A stretch of 64,000 bases of DNA from Gammaproteobacteria bacterium. Its GTDB lineage: Bacteria; Pseudomonadota; Gammaproteobacteria; Eutrophobiales; Eutrophobiaceae. Below, one piece after another: positions 1 through 9,822 of this stretch. Within the stretch, counting starts at the first letter, position 1; each line of letters starts with the position of its first letter. The notes beneath the pieces are model-generated. The model did no database searches. It saw only the letters and a program-made list of their open reading frames with translations, and was not told the origin of the DNA. Where the stretch lies: positions 64,671-128,670 of the forward strand of contig JBFFIE010000001.1 in the NCBI GenBank assembly GCA_041556555.1, written 5' to 3'. A program made the position numbers and the translations under genes.

Positions 1-216
1 CTGTCCTGCCATAGAAAACGCGACAAGGTACTCGGCGTGCCTGAATTAATTGCGATTGCACTCGGGGGCATGATTGGTGGTGGGATATTCACAATTCTGG
101 GAGTGTCCGTATCCCTAATCGGTGTGTTTACACCGGCCGAGCAAATGTATTCAATAATTGGTCTTTATCTTCTATTAACCGCCGGATCGTGGCTTAATTC
201 AAGAAGGAAGCATTAA
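1..216 (+). pseudogene. Fragment of an APC-superfamily amino-acid permease (first TM region only; open at the window edge, stop at 214-216)
   Basis: Frame 1 reads ...VPELIAIALGGMIGGGIFTILGVSVSLIG..., the G-x-G-I-F TM1 signature of APC permeases. It reaches TAA about 70 codons into the window, far short of a 12-TM carrier. It is absent from the ORF track because it has no start in the window. Confidence 0.35.
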
Positions 217-220
217 GGAT

Positions 221-676
221 ATGAAATCAATCCAGGCATGGTTGCAGGATTATTCAGATAACCATAAAAACACGATTAACCAGCGGTTTCATTTTGTCTG
301 CGTGCCGATCATCGTGTTCTCGGTAATTGCGGCATTGAAATCAATCCCGCTTGGTAATGCCTGGTTCAATCCGGCTACCATCGTCATTACATTGGCCTTG
401 ATTTATTATTTCATACTTTCCTGGCGACTGGCACTGGGATTGTTGCTAATCCTGCTGGGTTTCTATGCTGGTGTGCTTTGCCTTGAATCGTTCGTTGCGG
501 GTAATCTTATTTGGTATGCGCTGGGAATTTTCATTGTTGGCTGGATCGGCCAATTCATCGGCCATGCGATCGAAGGCACACGACCCTCGTTTTTCAAAGA
601 TATTCAGTTTCTGTTGATTGGGCCCTTGTGGGAACTGGCGCTTTTCTTTCGGTGGTTAGGACTACGGATCAATTGA
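221..676 (+). CDS. DUF962 / Mpo1-like small membrane protein
   Basis: 151-aa ORF. The N-terminus (QAWLQDYSDNHKNTINQRFHFVCVPIIVFSV) and GWIGQFIGHAIEGTRPSFF match the YGL010w/DUF962 pattern. Several hydrophobic helices are present. Confidence 0.7.
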   Translation: MKSIQAWLQDYSDNHKNTINQRFHFVCVPIIVFSVIAALKSIPLGNAWFNPATIVITLALIYYFILSWRLALGLLLILLGFYAGVLCLESFVAGNLIWYALGIFIVGWIGQFIGHAIEGTRPSFFKDIQFLLIGPLWELALFFRWLGLRIN

Positions 677-770
677 AAGCCGGGCACTGGATAGTCAATA
701 AAACCTTGGCTAAAGTTTTGTAGTAAATATAGAAAAATAATAACCAGGAATTCCTGCCAGGAGATGGGTC

Positions 771-1301
771 ATGAATATATGGCTTCGTATTATTATGACG
801 TTCACCAAATCCTTCTTTCAATCCAGGATTGAACCGACTGATTTGCTGAAAACCAACATGATTGTCGGGCCTACGGAAGCAGATCTGAAGTACGTCAGCA
901 ATGCCCGATACTTGTTATTCATGGAAGTTGCCAGGCTGGAAATGATGTTGAGAACGGGCATCTTCAGGATTGCAAGAAAGAAACACTGGTTACCACTGGT
1001 GGCATCACAAATGATCCACTATGAGAGGCCTTTGAAACGCTTCCAGAAATTTACCTTAAAAAGCCACCTTGCCGCCTGGGATAACAAGTGGTTTTTCATA
1101 GATCACAAGATCGAACGTAACGGTAAATTAATAGCCTTTGCCATGGCCAAGTGTTGTTTCCGTGATTCGGAAGGTGTCGTCTCACCGGCCGTTACGTTTG
1201 CCGAACTTAATGCAACAACCAAGTCAAACATCTTACCTAGCTATGCAACGCAATGGACTGAATCCGAAGAGTTATTACGCAATGAAATCATAAAGATTTA
1301 A
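771..1301 (+). CDS. Hotdog-fold acyl-CoA thioesterase-like protein
   Basis: 176-aa ORF whose size and pattern (VSNARYLLFMEVARLEM...HYERPLKRFQKFTL...WFFIDHKI) resemble THEM6/4HBT_2-type thioesterases. The assignment is by resemblance only. Confidence 0.5.
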   Translation: MNIWLRIIMTFTKSFFQSRIEPTDLLKTNMIVGPTEADLKYVSNARYLLFMEVARLEMMLRTGIFRIARKKHWLPLVASQMIHYERPLKRFQKFTLKSHLAAWDNKWFFIDHKIERNGKLIAFAMAKCCFRDSEGVVSPAVTFAELNATTKSNILPSYATQWTESEELLRNEIIKI

Positions 1302-1368
1302 TTATTTAATTGTTGGTGTATTTACTCTGTATTACGTTTGATGCTGTCATAGTAATTAAAAAGATCAC

Positions 1369-2238
1369 TTATTTAACGCTCAGCATCCATTTGACAGACT
1401 GACTGATGATGTGCGGGAATTGACCTTCGGGTACTTCGCCCCACTTGCCATGACCCGGGAAGACCCAGATGACGTGCTTGAAGGCAGCCATCTTTCTTAC
1501 CGATTCGATCTGAATGTCCCAGGAATACCAGCAGTGTTCACGAAATGATCCGAAGTGGTTTAACGGTGGATCCCAAGCATAATGATCGCCCGTAAAGAGA
1601 TATTTATCTTGCCATAATAACACCAGATGTCCCTCGGTATGTCCCGGAGTAAAGTGGATCTCACCGGCATCGAGCCGGTGACTATCGTTGCCTTCCAGTA
1701 TCATCTCGGCATCCGGCTGGGCGTGTGATTCCAGTTGATGAATGATGCGTATGGCATTGAAATGTCTTGCATATTTTTCTGCGTCGGCGACATCATCGCT
1801 ATGGGTCAAGAAGATGTATTTTATCCCTCCCATGGCTTCAAACCTGTTGACAAGATCCGGTAGGAAACGAGGAGAATCGACCAGCCAGTTGCCGGTCTCT
1901 GTCTGCAAAAAATAGCTGTGTGCGCCATAGGACTTGCGATGGTTGTAGCCGTTGAGATAGACATCTTCTGTCATGCGGACTGGAAAAGAATCGCGGGTAT
2001 TCGTGAGATCGATCTTCTCACGCGCGCCGATTGATGCCACTGGACAGGCCAACAGGGCCTGCTGCACGGCAAATTCTTCTTTCTGATTTTGTGGCTGGCG
2101 CTTTACAAAGGCGTGTGTGCCGTTATCGCCGAAGATTTCCGGGGCGTAATGTCGGCTAATGCTGCAATTGATGCAGGTCGAATCGACAAAGTAATTGCCT
2201 TCAGCGTTTTCCGGCAGGGCTTTTTTCAGATTGGCCAT
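1369..2238 (-). CDS. MBL-fold metallo-hydrolase with an N-terminal single-cluster ferredoxin-like domain
   Basis: 289-aa ORF. The N-terminus has YFVDSTCINCSISRHYAPEIF...ACPVASIG (ferredoxin-like, 3 Cys). The C-terminal part has FLTHSDDVAD and HTPGHTEGH, which are beta-lactamase-fold metal motifs. Confidence 0.75.
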   Translation of the reverse strand: MANLKKALPENAEGNYFVDSTCINCSISRHYAPEIFGDNGTHAFVKRQPQNQKEEFAVQQALLACPVASIGAREKIDLTNTRDSFPVRMTEDVYLNGYNHRKSYGAHSYFLQTETGNWLVDSPRFLPDLVNRFEAMGGIKYIFLTHSDDVADAEKYARHFNAIRIIHQLESHAQPDAEMILEGNDSHRLDAGEIHFTPGHTEGHLVLLWQDKYLFTGDHYAWDPPLNHFGSFREHCWYSWDIQIESVRKMAAFKHVIWVFPGHGKWGEVPEGQFPHIISQSVKWMLSVK

Positions 2239-2321
2239 GTTACAAATCGAGCAGCTGGTTTCCTTTCAGGGAGTATACCAATACGACATCACCAGCAAAT
2301 GCATTGTTCAACGTTATCTGA

Positions 2322-3506
2322 TTAAAACCTGACCCGCTGACCTGCCTTTAATTGGCCTTCAGTATAGTGCGTACCACGCCAGTCAATGCCGTAATTACGT
2401 GAACACAACCAGGCAGAACGCAGCAGCATCGTTTCAAGAAGAAAAAATCCGGCCGGTAAACACAGATAGGCCCAGACGCCGCCGTTGCCCTCGTGATAAT
2501 TCACCCTGGCAAAGAACAGCAGTGTGGCAATAAATAAAATGAATATGCCCAGCAGGATCGTGTTATGAGTAACTAATCCTGCCGCCAGGGTGATTATTGG
2601 CGCTAAAGCGCTTGCGGTAATAAGCAGTGCCATCATGATTAATCTTAGCCAACTGTAATTAGCGCCGGGACCGAAGCTGTTTTTTTCAACACCCTGGAAC
2701 ATCTCATGCAGGGTTTCGTACCAGGGTACCGTAATCTCCGACATAGCATTTAACATATGCGTGCGGCTGCCCGCCTGTTTCAACATAACACCCAGGCCGT
2801 AATCATCCACGGGTTCCATGCGCAACCATTCAAACCCGGGTGTGCGATGAAACAGGTCAGCTTCCACCAGGTTAAAGGCACCGACACCGGCCGCTGCCTT
2901 ACTGTTGTCGTTATTGACGGTCGCCAGCCGTGCTTTGATACAAAACGCCAGGAAAAAAGTGCGAATGGCCACGTTTAACCAGAAGCCTCGCGTGCGAACC
3001 TCGGGGATGCAGACCAGGTGGTTGACCTGCTGCTGAAAGACATAAGCAATCGCCTGATGCAGAACTGATGGCTTGAAATACACGTCGGCATCGGTAAACA
3101 AGTACCACTGGCCGGATGCCTGTTTCACGCCCTGGTGCAGGGCATGGACCTTGCCCAGCCAGCCATCGGGCAATGAATCGATGTGTATGACTTTAAGCCG
3201 GTGATCCTCTTTAGCCAGGCTATCAAGAATCTTACCCGTGTGATCCGTGGAGCGATCATTTATGGCGATGATCTCGAGATTCGGGTAATCAAGTGCCAAG
3301 CGTGATTTGATTGCGCTTTCGATATGACGTGCCTCATTACAGGCGGGAACGATAATGCTGACCATGGGCCAGTCATTTTTATTAGGTGGTAATTCCGGCG
3401 TCGTATTACTCAAAACCGGCATACGTCTCAAAGTGACGTACTCATAGTACATGCCGACGATCCAGAACCCGCAGAACACCAGGCAATACAAGATCAGGAT
3501 TGTCAT
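2322..3506 (-). CDS. Membrane-anchored family-2 glycosyltransferase
   Basis: 394-aa ORF with an N-terminal TM helix, VSIIVPACNEARHI...INDRSTDHT...FTDADV (GT2 DXD-type signature) and C-terminal TM helices. Confidence 0.8.
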   Translation of the reverse strand: MTILILYCLVFCGFWIVGMYYEYVTLRRMPVLSNTTPELPPNKNDWPMVSIIVPACNEARHIESAIKSRLALDYPNLEIIAINDRSTDHTGKILDSLAKEDHRLKVIHIDSLPDGWLGKVHALHQGVKQASGQWYLFTDADVYFKPSVLHQAIAYVFQQQVNHLVCIPEVRTRGFWLNVAIRTFFLAFCIKARLATVNNDNSKAAAGVGAFNLVEADLFHRTPGFEWLRMEPVDDYGLGVMLKQAGSRTHMLNAMSEITVPWYETLHEMFQGVEKNSFGPGANYSWLRLIMMALLITASALAPIITLAAGLVTHNTILLGIFILFIATLLFFARVNYHEGNGGVWAYLCLPAGFFLLETMLLRSAWLCSRNYGIDWRGTHYTEGQLKAGQRVRF

Positions 3507-3550
3507 CCGGTTGATATAGCTTTGTAGAACAGTGCAGTGATATTCATAAT

Positions 3551-5329
3551 CTATTTTGTATCGAGACTGAAGACCAGGACTTCATCACCCGTGGGATAAC
3601 CGAATAATTTATTACCGCCTGCCGCCACGGCAATGTATTGTTTGCCAGCGATGGCATAAGTAATCGGCGGAGCATTAACGCCATATTGGGTCTGGTATTG
3701 CCAGAGTAATTCCCCGGTGGTGGCATTGAAGGCATTAAAATTGCCGTTGCCTTCTCCTGTGAACACCAGATTACCGGCAGTTGCCAGTGCACCACCCACC
3801 ATGGGATCAGTTACCTTATGTTGCCAAAAAATTTTACCTGTTCGGGTAGAAATAGCAGTAAACACACCCCAGTCTTTTTCGCCCGTGGCGCGAAAGATAG
3901 TGTAACTCTCCCAAGGTTTACCCGGCCCAGGCGAAAGTTTTCTCGTGATAAACAATGAAGGTTGGTAGATGCCGGAGATGAACACGGATTCCAGTTGCGG
4001 GTTATAAGCAACCGGGGACCACGAAGATGCGCCCAGAGTTCCGGGCACAATGCGCACACCTTCCGCCGTGGGCCGTGCAAACAAGTTGTCCTGTTCAATG
4101 ATGGATTCTGATTTTAATAACAGCTCACCGGTCTTGCGATCGTGGATGTAAAACCAGCCGAGTTTACTGGCCTGGCCAACGGCCTTGATGATTTTACCGT
4201 CCCTGTGGAAATCAAACAGGATCGGTGGACTAGCTACGTCGTAACCCCAGCGGTCGTGCGGAACTTGTTGATAATACCAGACTTTTTTACCTGTCTTGAG
4301 GTCCAGCGCCACCAAGCTGACGGTGTGCAGGTTGTCCCCGGGCCGGGTAGCATCATCCATCTGCGGCGATGGATTTCCCGTGCCGATGTAGATCAGACCC
4401 AGATCGGGATCAACCGCCGGTGTGGTGTAGATCGAACCACCACCGTAACGCCAGGTTTGGTTATAGGTTTTCCAGGCGGTTTTTTCGGCAGCAATCCTGC
4501 GATTCAATGGCAAGCCATCAGGGGTTGTCTCCAGCCAGTCACCTTCCCAGCCGGACTCGGGCACCGTATACCAGCGCCAGACTTCATCACCGGTCTCGGC
4601 ATCATAGGCAACGATGAATCCACGCAGGCCATGTCCGCCACCGGAAAAGCCGCCGACAGATAAAATGTGATCATCGCCTTCCTCGAATTCCATGTGCAGG
4701 CCATAACCGGCACCACTGATTCCCACAAAGATCTTGCCATCGTAAACTTGCGGGGCGAGGTTGGTGGTATAACCGGTTTGTCCGGTCTGGCTGGCCCCTT
4801 GCAGTTCCTCGACCCCGAGTAACGGTTCCAAGACTTCACTGATACCGGCATTCGGATCGGTCACTGCCACGTCCCAGAGAACTTCGCCGGTTTTTTGTTC
4901 CAGGGCAATCAAGCGCGCATCGATCGTGACCGTGTAAACCTTGCCATTGGCAAGCGCCGGTCCGCGGTTGGCCGGCCCGCAACAATAATTTTGATGGCGC
5001 AGTTCATGCACGTAGCGCCAGATTGTGTTGCCTGATGTTGCATCGACTGCCATGACGTCATTGAATGGTGTGGTGAGATACATGACACCATCCTTGACGA
5101 TAGGTGAAGTTTGAAACGTGCCTTTGCGACCGGTGTTGATCTTCCAGGCCAGTTTCAGGTTAGCGACCGTCTGCTCATTGATTTGATCAAGTGAACTGTA
5201 ACGCTGGTTGCTCAGATCTTGTCCATACAGTGCCCAATCTTTATTTGTGATAGATTCAATCGGGTTATTGCAAGCAGCAAGCAGGAGCAACAGGCAGGCG
5301 CACAAGGGAATACGAATCATCGGGGCCAT
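3551..5329 (-). CDS. PQQ-dependent dehydrogenase-like beta-propeller lipoprotein (methanol/ethanol-family fold, atypical active-site residues)
   Basis: 592-aa ORF with a lipobox (LLLLAAC). It has the vicinal Cys pair in NYCCGPANRG, GTGNPSP, and repeated W/G propeller motifs that align to the XoxF in this window. See the finding on its active-site substitutions. Confidence 0.8.
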   Translation of the reverse strand: MAPMIRIPLCACLLLLLAACNNPIESITNKDWALYGQDLSNQRYSSLDQINEQTVANLKLAWKINTGRKGTFQTSPIVKDGVMYLTTPFNDVMAVDATSGNTIWRYVHELRHQNYCCGPANRGPALANGKVYTVTIDARLIALEQKTGEVLWDVAVTDPNAGISEVLEPLLGVEELQGASQTGQTGYTTNLAPQVYDGKIFVGISGAGYGLHMEFEEGDDHILSVGGFSGGGHGLRGFIVAYDAETGDEVWRWYTVPESGWEGDWLETTPDGLPLNRRIAAEKTAWKTYNQTWRYGGGSIYTTPAVDPDLGLIYIGTGNPSPQMDDATRPGDNLHTVSLVALDLKTGKKVWYYQQVPHDRWGYDVASPPILFDFHRDGKIIKAVGQASKLGWFYIHDRKTGELLLKSESIIEQDNLFARPTAEGVRIVPGTLGASSWSPVAYNPQLESVFISGIYQPSLFITRKLSPGPGKPWESYTIFRATGEKDWGVFTAISTRTGKIFWQHKVTDPMVGGALATAGNLVFTGEGNGNFNAFNATTGELLWQYQTQYGVNAPPITYAIAGKQYIAVAAGGNKLFGYPTGDEVLVFSLDTK

Positions 5330-5448
5330 CCAATGTTGTTATTGAAAAAACCGAAAGACTGCCAGAGCAGCATCAGGACAATGATTTAACTGATATTATA
5401 GACTGATGTGTTTTTTGCAAACTCCAGTAAAGAGTTAAGACTCGTCTC

Positions 5449-6372
5449 ATGATCAGCCTGACCCGCTTGTTTCCAGTCCTGGCCATTGTTGTCTCTGTGG
5501 TCGCTATAAATTTTCCGCAACTGCTATCAAACATGGGACCGGCCATCGTGTCCTTGCTGGGACTGGTGATGTTTGGCATGGGTATCACGCTGCTGCCGGC
5601 TGACTTCATGCGGGTGTTTCGCCGTCCGGCCATAGTATTAGTTGGAGTCTCGTTGCAATTCATCCTGATGCCCCTGATTGCCTGGTTGATCAGCAAAAGC
5701 ATGGATCTGTCCACGATCATCATGGCCGGTCTCGTGGTTGTTGGCGCCTGCCCGGGTGGTACCGCATCCAATGTCATCTGCTACCTGGCGAGAGGTGATG
5801 TTGCCCTGTCGATTACCCTGACCACGTGTTCCACGATCGCGGCCGTGCTCCTGACACCATTACTTACCTGGCTTTATATTGGCCAAAGTGTGGATGTCCC
5901 GGTGCTGGCCATGATCAAGGACATCATGCTGGTTGTCATTTGCCCGGTGTTACTGGGTGTGCTGTGCAATCGTTTTGCAGGACAATTTTTCAATCGGCTG
6001 AAAACCATTTTTCCGGTGGTCTCGATGCTGACCATTATATTGATCATCGGGATCATCATGGCCCTGAACCATGAACAGTTAAACCGGTATGTGTTGCCGG
6101 TTGCGATCGCGGTCATCCTGCACAACCTGCTGGGGTTCCTCTGTGGTTACGGCATACCGGCCGCGCTGGGTTATGACCGGCAAACTTGTCGCACCCTGGC
6201 CATTGAAGTCGGCATGCAAAACTCGGGACTGGGTGTGGCACTGGCCAGCAAGTATTTTTCTCCGGTCGCGGGCTTGCCCGGGGCGCTGTTCAGCATCTGG
6301 CACAATATTTCCGGTGCGACACTGGCAGCCCTGTGGGCAGGCAAACAAGAACCGCTGAGCAAACACGCATGA
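5449..6372 (+). CDS. Bile acid:sodium symporter (BASS) family transporter
   Basis: 307-aa polytopic ORF with FGMGITLLPADF...GACPGGTASNVICYLARGDVALSITLT, which is typical of the BASS/SBF family. Confidence 0.85.
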   Translation: MISLTRLFPVLAIVVSVVAINFPQLLSNMGPAIVSLLGLVMFGMGITLLPADFMRVFRRPAIVLVGVSLQFILMPLIAWLISKSMDLSTIIMAGLVVVGACPGGTASNVICYLARGDVALSITLTTCSTIAAVLLTPLLTWLYIGQSVDVPVLAMIKDIMLVVICPVLLGVLCNRFAGQFFNRLKTIFPVVSMLTIILIIGIIMALNHEQLNRYVLPVAIAVILHNLLGFLCGYGIPAALGYDRQTCRTLAIEVGMQNSGLGVALASKYFSPVAGLPGALFSIWHNISGATLAALWAGKQEPLSKHA

Positions 6373-7076
6373 TAACGCGCCTGCGAATATGGACTCTATT
6401 AGTGAGCGGCCTGTTGTTAATGTGCTCGGCCTGCAGTGAGCCGCCGGATTATTATTTTCCACTCGACCCCGGCCATTACTGGCGATACGAAATGTCTTAT
6501 CAAACCATGGACGGTACGTTTGACGGTGTCTATGCCGTAGAAAATCTCACGGCAGAGGTAAGGGATGATACCAGGCGCTATATACGACGTTTGCTCGATG
6601 GCTCGTTGAATTATTTAGAGATCCGGGATGACGGTATCCTGCTCACTGGGCGCGAAAAAACTATCAATCTGAACACCACAAACGTTGATGAACAGCAATA
6701 CATTTTCAAGTATCCGCTGCAAGAGGGCACACGCTGGAACGAAGAAACGGTATCCAAGGTGCTCATCAAGACCGGGCCGCCACAGAAAACGGAATTTCAT
6801 ATCCGCGCGAAGGTGGAACTGGATGCCGTGATCGAAAGCATGAGTGATACGGTGTCAGTCCCGGCCGGCCGTTTCAAAAATTGCATGCGGGTTTCATTTA
6901 ACGGCAAGAGTTTCGTCAACGCCGGCAATTATGTGGGCGGTACCGTGGTCACGATCAAGGAAACCAACTGGTATGCCCCGGGCGTCGGGCTGGTGAAATC
7001 GACCCGTGTAGAAACCACCACCAGCAGGGCACTGGACCGAGGCGAATTGACACTGGAGCTGGAATCCTACCGCTGA
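6369..7076 (+). CDS. Hypothetical lipoprotein
   Basis: The ORF track starts at 6333. The ATG at 6369 overlaps the upstream stop (ATGA) and gives MITRLRIWTLLVSGLLLMCSAC, a lipoprotein signal. I recognise no family. Confidence 0.6.
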   Translation: MITRLRIWTLLVSGLLLMCSACSEPPDYYFPLDPGHYWRYEMSYQTMDGTFDGVYAVENLTAEVRDDTRRYIRRLLDGSLNYLEIRDDGILLTGREKTINLNTTNVDEQQYIFKYPLQEGTRWNEETVSKVLIKTGPPQKTEFHIRAKVELDAVIESMSDTVSVPAGRFKNCMRVSFNGKSFVNAGNYVGGTVVTIKETNWYAPGVGLVKSTRVETTTSRALDRGELTLELESYR

Positions 7077-7654
7077 TGTTTTGCGGTCCGGATGACCTCG
7101 TTTTCAGTCACGATCAGGTCCACTGGTAAATCGGTATCTTCCGTGGGCAGTTCATCCAGCAATTGGACCCCGAAGGCGAGGGCGATCTTGTATTTTACCG
7201 GGTGGTTGGCAAACCACGTATCGTAATAACCCCGCCCGTAACCAATCCGATGACCCGCCCGGGTGAATCCCAGACCCGGGGTGATCGCGAGATCAAACGG
7301 CCCGGGATGCGGTTCAATCGATGCTGGTGTCAGTATCCCCATGGCATCCTTTTCCAGTTGATTCCAGCCATGAAAGGGGACGGCCAGCATCGGTTTGCCT
7401 GGCACGATCTTGGGCACCGCCAGGTCCTTGCCGTTAGCGAGAAAGTACTTTAATAAACCATGTGTATCTACTTCATTTAAATAGGAAATAAAGCAGAAGA
7501 TACTCTGGGCATTGGCGACCTCGTCCAGCGCCAGCAGTCGATCCCGGATGGTTTCTGAATAGCTCTGTCGCCGGGACTCGGGAAGGGCTGCCCGGGCGGA
7601 CTTGAGTTGCTGGCGAACGGCCTGTTTACGGTCCTGGATGCTGTTATCTGACAA
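7067..7654 (-). CDS. 5-formyltetrahydrofolate cyclo-ligase
   Basis: 195-aa ORF. The motifs LAVPKI...PGLGFTRAGHRIGYGRGYYD and the size are typical of the MTHFS/YgfA family. Confidence 0.85.
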   Translation of the reverse strand: MSDNSIQDRKQAVRQQLKSARAALPESRRQSYSETIRDRLLALDEVANAQSIFCFISYLNEVDTHGLLKYFLANGKDLAVPKIVPGKPMLAVPFHGWNQLEKDAMGILTPASIEPHPGPFDLAITPGLGFTRAGHRIGYGRGYYDTWFANHPVKYKIALAFGVQLLDELPTEDTDLPVDLIVTENEVIRTAKHQR

Positions 7655-7776
7655 TACGCTCTCCCGGGTTGGGTTTTCCTTTCTTTTTCAGTAATTTTCC
7701 GTAGAATATGCGCCTTTTTCAGGCAGGCAACTGCCGCCGGATTTTAAGGAAATATAATTCAGAGGTCATTAACCGA

Positions 7777-8025
7777 ATGGTAACTATCAGATTATCAAGA
7801 ACAGGCACCAAGGGCCGTCCTTTTTATCACATCGTGGTCGTCGACAGCCGCACCAAGCGTGGTGGCCGTTCCCTGGAACGCCTGGGTTTCTTTAACCCCG
7901 TGGCCAGTGGCAACGAGGAAAAGTTGAGGATCGATACGGCGCGTGTGGATTACTGGAAATCAAATGGCGCACAAACCTCGGAGCGCGTGGAAAAGCTGCT
8001 CAAGGATTATTCAGCAAGCGCCTGA
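7777..8025 (+). CDS. rpsP: 30S ribosomal protein S16
   Basis: [31 protein letters not shown]... The canonical S16 N-terminus begins at the ATG at 7777; the ORF-track start at 7708 is upstream. Confidence 0.95.
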   Translation: MVTIRLSRTGTKGRPFYHIVVVDSRTKRGGRSLERLGFFNPVASGNEEKLRIDTARVDYWKSNGAQTSERVEKLLKDYSASA

Positions 8026-8094
8026 ATATGAATTCAAATCAGCCACAGCGCTGATAAAATCAACGACAGATCCTGGACCTCCCGCTGGCGGGTC

Positions 8095-8610
8095 ATGATG
8101 GAGGGAGAAACAGGAAAATTATTGTTGGGCCGTATTTCCGGTATTTATGGCGTCAAGGGTTGGATTAAGGTGTTTTCCTATACCCGGCCAGCAGAGAACA
8201 TATTGAATTACCCGTCCTGGTACCTGAAACACCGGGATGAAGAAATGTTATATAAGGTCAGGGAAGGCAGACCCCAGGGCAAAGGGCTGGTGGCCAGCCT
8301 GGAAGGGATTGAAGACCGGGACATTGCCCGGTTACTGGTTGGCGCAGACATTTATATAGAGCGTGACCAGTTGCCATCCTTACCCGAGGGAGAATATTAC
8401 TGGACTGACTTGCTCGGATTACAGGTCATCAACCAACAGGGCCAAAGCCTGGGCGAGGTGGTTGAGATCCTGGAAACCGGTGCCAACGATGTACTGGTGG
8501 TAAAAGGCGAAAGCCGGGAGTTGATTCCGTGGGTATGGGGAACCTACCTGCTGGATGTGGACTTGGAGGTCGGCAGGATTACCGTGGATTGGCAAGGGCA
8601 GGGTGACTGA
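8095..8610 (+). CDS. rimM: 16S rRNA processing protein RimM
   Basis: [20 protein letters not shown], plus its position between rpsP and trmD. Confidence 0.9.
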   Translation: MMEGETGKLLLGRISGIYGVKGWIKVFSYTRPAENILNYPSWYLKHRDEEMLYKVREGRPQGKGLVASLEGIEDRDIARLLVGADIYIERDQLPSLPEGEYYWTDLLGLQVINQQGQSLGEVVEILETGANDVLVVKGESRELIPWVWGTYLLDVDLEVGRITVDWQGQGD

Positions 8611-9350
8611 TGCAGATATCCGTGATTACCCTGTTCCCGGAGATGCTGGATGCCATCACGCAATACGGGATTACCGGCAGGGCCGTGAAACAGGGCCTGC
8701 TCCAGGTCAAGGCCTGGAACCCGCGTGATTACACCGAGGACAGACACCAGACAGTCGATGATCGGCCTTACGGAGGTGGTCCCGGCATGGTGATGATGGT
8801 GGAGCCCTTGGCCAGGGCCATCCGGGCTGCCCGAAAAGGTTTATCCGGCAACCAGCGGGTGATTCATCTTTCACCCCAGGGCAGGCGGCTGGACCAGGCC
8901 GGGGTCATGGAACTGGCGGCACTGGACAACCTGGTCCTGCTGGCCGGTCGCTATGAGGGGATTGATGAACGCCTCATCGAGGAATATGTTGATGAGGAAT
9001 GGTCGATTGGCGATTATGTCCTTAGCGGTGGCGAACTGGCCGCGATGGTGTTAATCGACGCCATTACCCGGGTCATGCCCGGCGCGCTGGGACACGAGGA
9101 TTCCGCGGCCAACGATTCATTTTTTAACGGCTTGCTGGATTTTCCGCATTATACCCGGCCGGAAGAATATGCAGGACACAAGGTGCCGGAGGTGTTATTA
9201 AGCGGTGATCATGAGAAGATTCGCCGCTGGCGTCTCAAGCAAGCCTTGGGACGCACCTGGCTGAGACGGCCCGACTTGCTCAGCGTATTGACGCTTAACG
9301 AGGAGCAGGAAGAATTACTGGACGAATTCAAGCGCCATCACGACGCTTGA
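8610..9350 (+). CDS. trmD: tRNA (guanine37-N1)-methyltransferase
   Basis: VITLFPEM...[13 protein letters not shown]...[12 protein letters not shown]...[11 protein letters not shown]. The start overlaps the rimM stop. Confidence 0.95.
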   Translation: MQISVITLFPEMLDAITQYGITGRAVKQGLLQVKAWNPRDYTEDRHQTVDDRPYGGGPGMVMMVEPLARAIRAARKGLSGNQRVIHLSPQGRRLDQAGVMELAALDNLVLLAGRYEGIDERLIEEYVDEEWSIGDYVLSGGELAAMVLIDAITRVMPGALGHEDSAANDSFFNGLLDFPHYTRPEEYAGHKVPEVLLSGDHEKIRRWRLKQALGRTWLRRPDLLSVLTLNEEQEELLDEFKRHHDA

Positions 9351-9391
9351 TGAGTTAAAGAATTGATGACGACTTTTTTGGAGCAGTGGCT

Positions 9392-9748
9392 ATGAGCAAC
9401 ATAATTGAACAACTGGAAAGTGAACAGATGACCCGTAAGATCCCGGAGTTTGCCGCCGGCGATACCGTAGTGGTAGAAGTAAAGGTGAAAGAAGGCCAGC
9501 GTGAACGTCTGCAGGCCTATGAGGGCGTGGTAATCGCCGTCAAAAACCGGGGTCTGAATTCATCGTTTACGGTCCGCAAAATTTCCTACGGTGAAGGCGT
9601 GGAGCGCGTGTTCCAGACTTACAGTCCTTCGATTGCCTCCATCAAGGTCAAACGCCGTGGTGACGTGCGCCGGGCCAAGCTCTATTACATGCGGGAACGT
9701 TCCGGTAAGTCCGCCCGCATCAAGGAAAAAATCAAGACGTCCTCATAA
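9392..9748 (+). CDS. rplS: 50S ribosomal protein L19
   Basis: [13 protein letters not shown]...[31 protein letters not shown] lies 8 nt upstream of the ATG at 9392. Confidence 0.95.
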   Translation: MSNIIEQLESEQMTRKIPEFAAGDTVVVEVKVKEGQRERLQAYEGVVIAVKNRGLNSSFTVRKISYGEGVERVFQTYSPSIASIKVKRRGDVRRAKLYYMRERSGKSARIKEKIKTSS

Positions 9749-9822
9749 GACGAATCATCACCTGGCCTGGGATTCCCGGGCCTGGCTGTTATCGGGGCAG
9801 CGGTCTTGTATACTTGGCAGGC

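Noticed and set aside
1369-5329. Interpreting the MBL hydrolase plus PQQ-dehydrogenase-like lipoprotein as a 'quinoprotein relay' module
   Set aside because: The two genes are separated by an unrelated GT2 gene. The MBL protein appears cytoplasmic (no signal peptide, ferredoxin fusion), and I cannot verify family membership without a profile search.
7067-7076. 10-nt overlap of the convergent lipoprotein and cyclo-ligase genes as a regulatory feature
   Set aside because: Short 3'-end overlaps of convergent genes are common, and there is no associated structure.
7655-7776. 6S RNA (ssrS), which precedes the 5-formyl-THF cyclo-ligase gene in enteric bacteria
   Set aside because: Only about 120 nt separate the cyclo-ligase start from divergent rpsP. 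That is too short for a 6S RNA of about 180 nt, and I saw no long imperfect hairpin.
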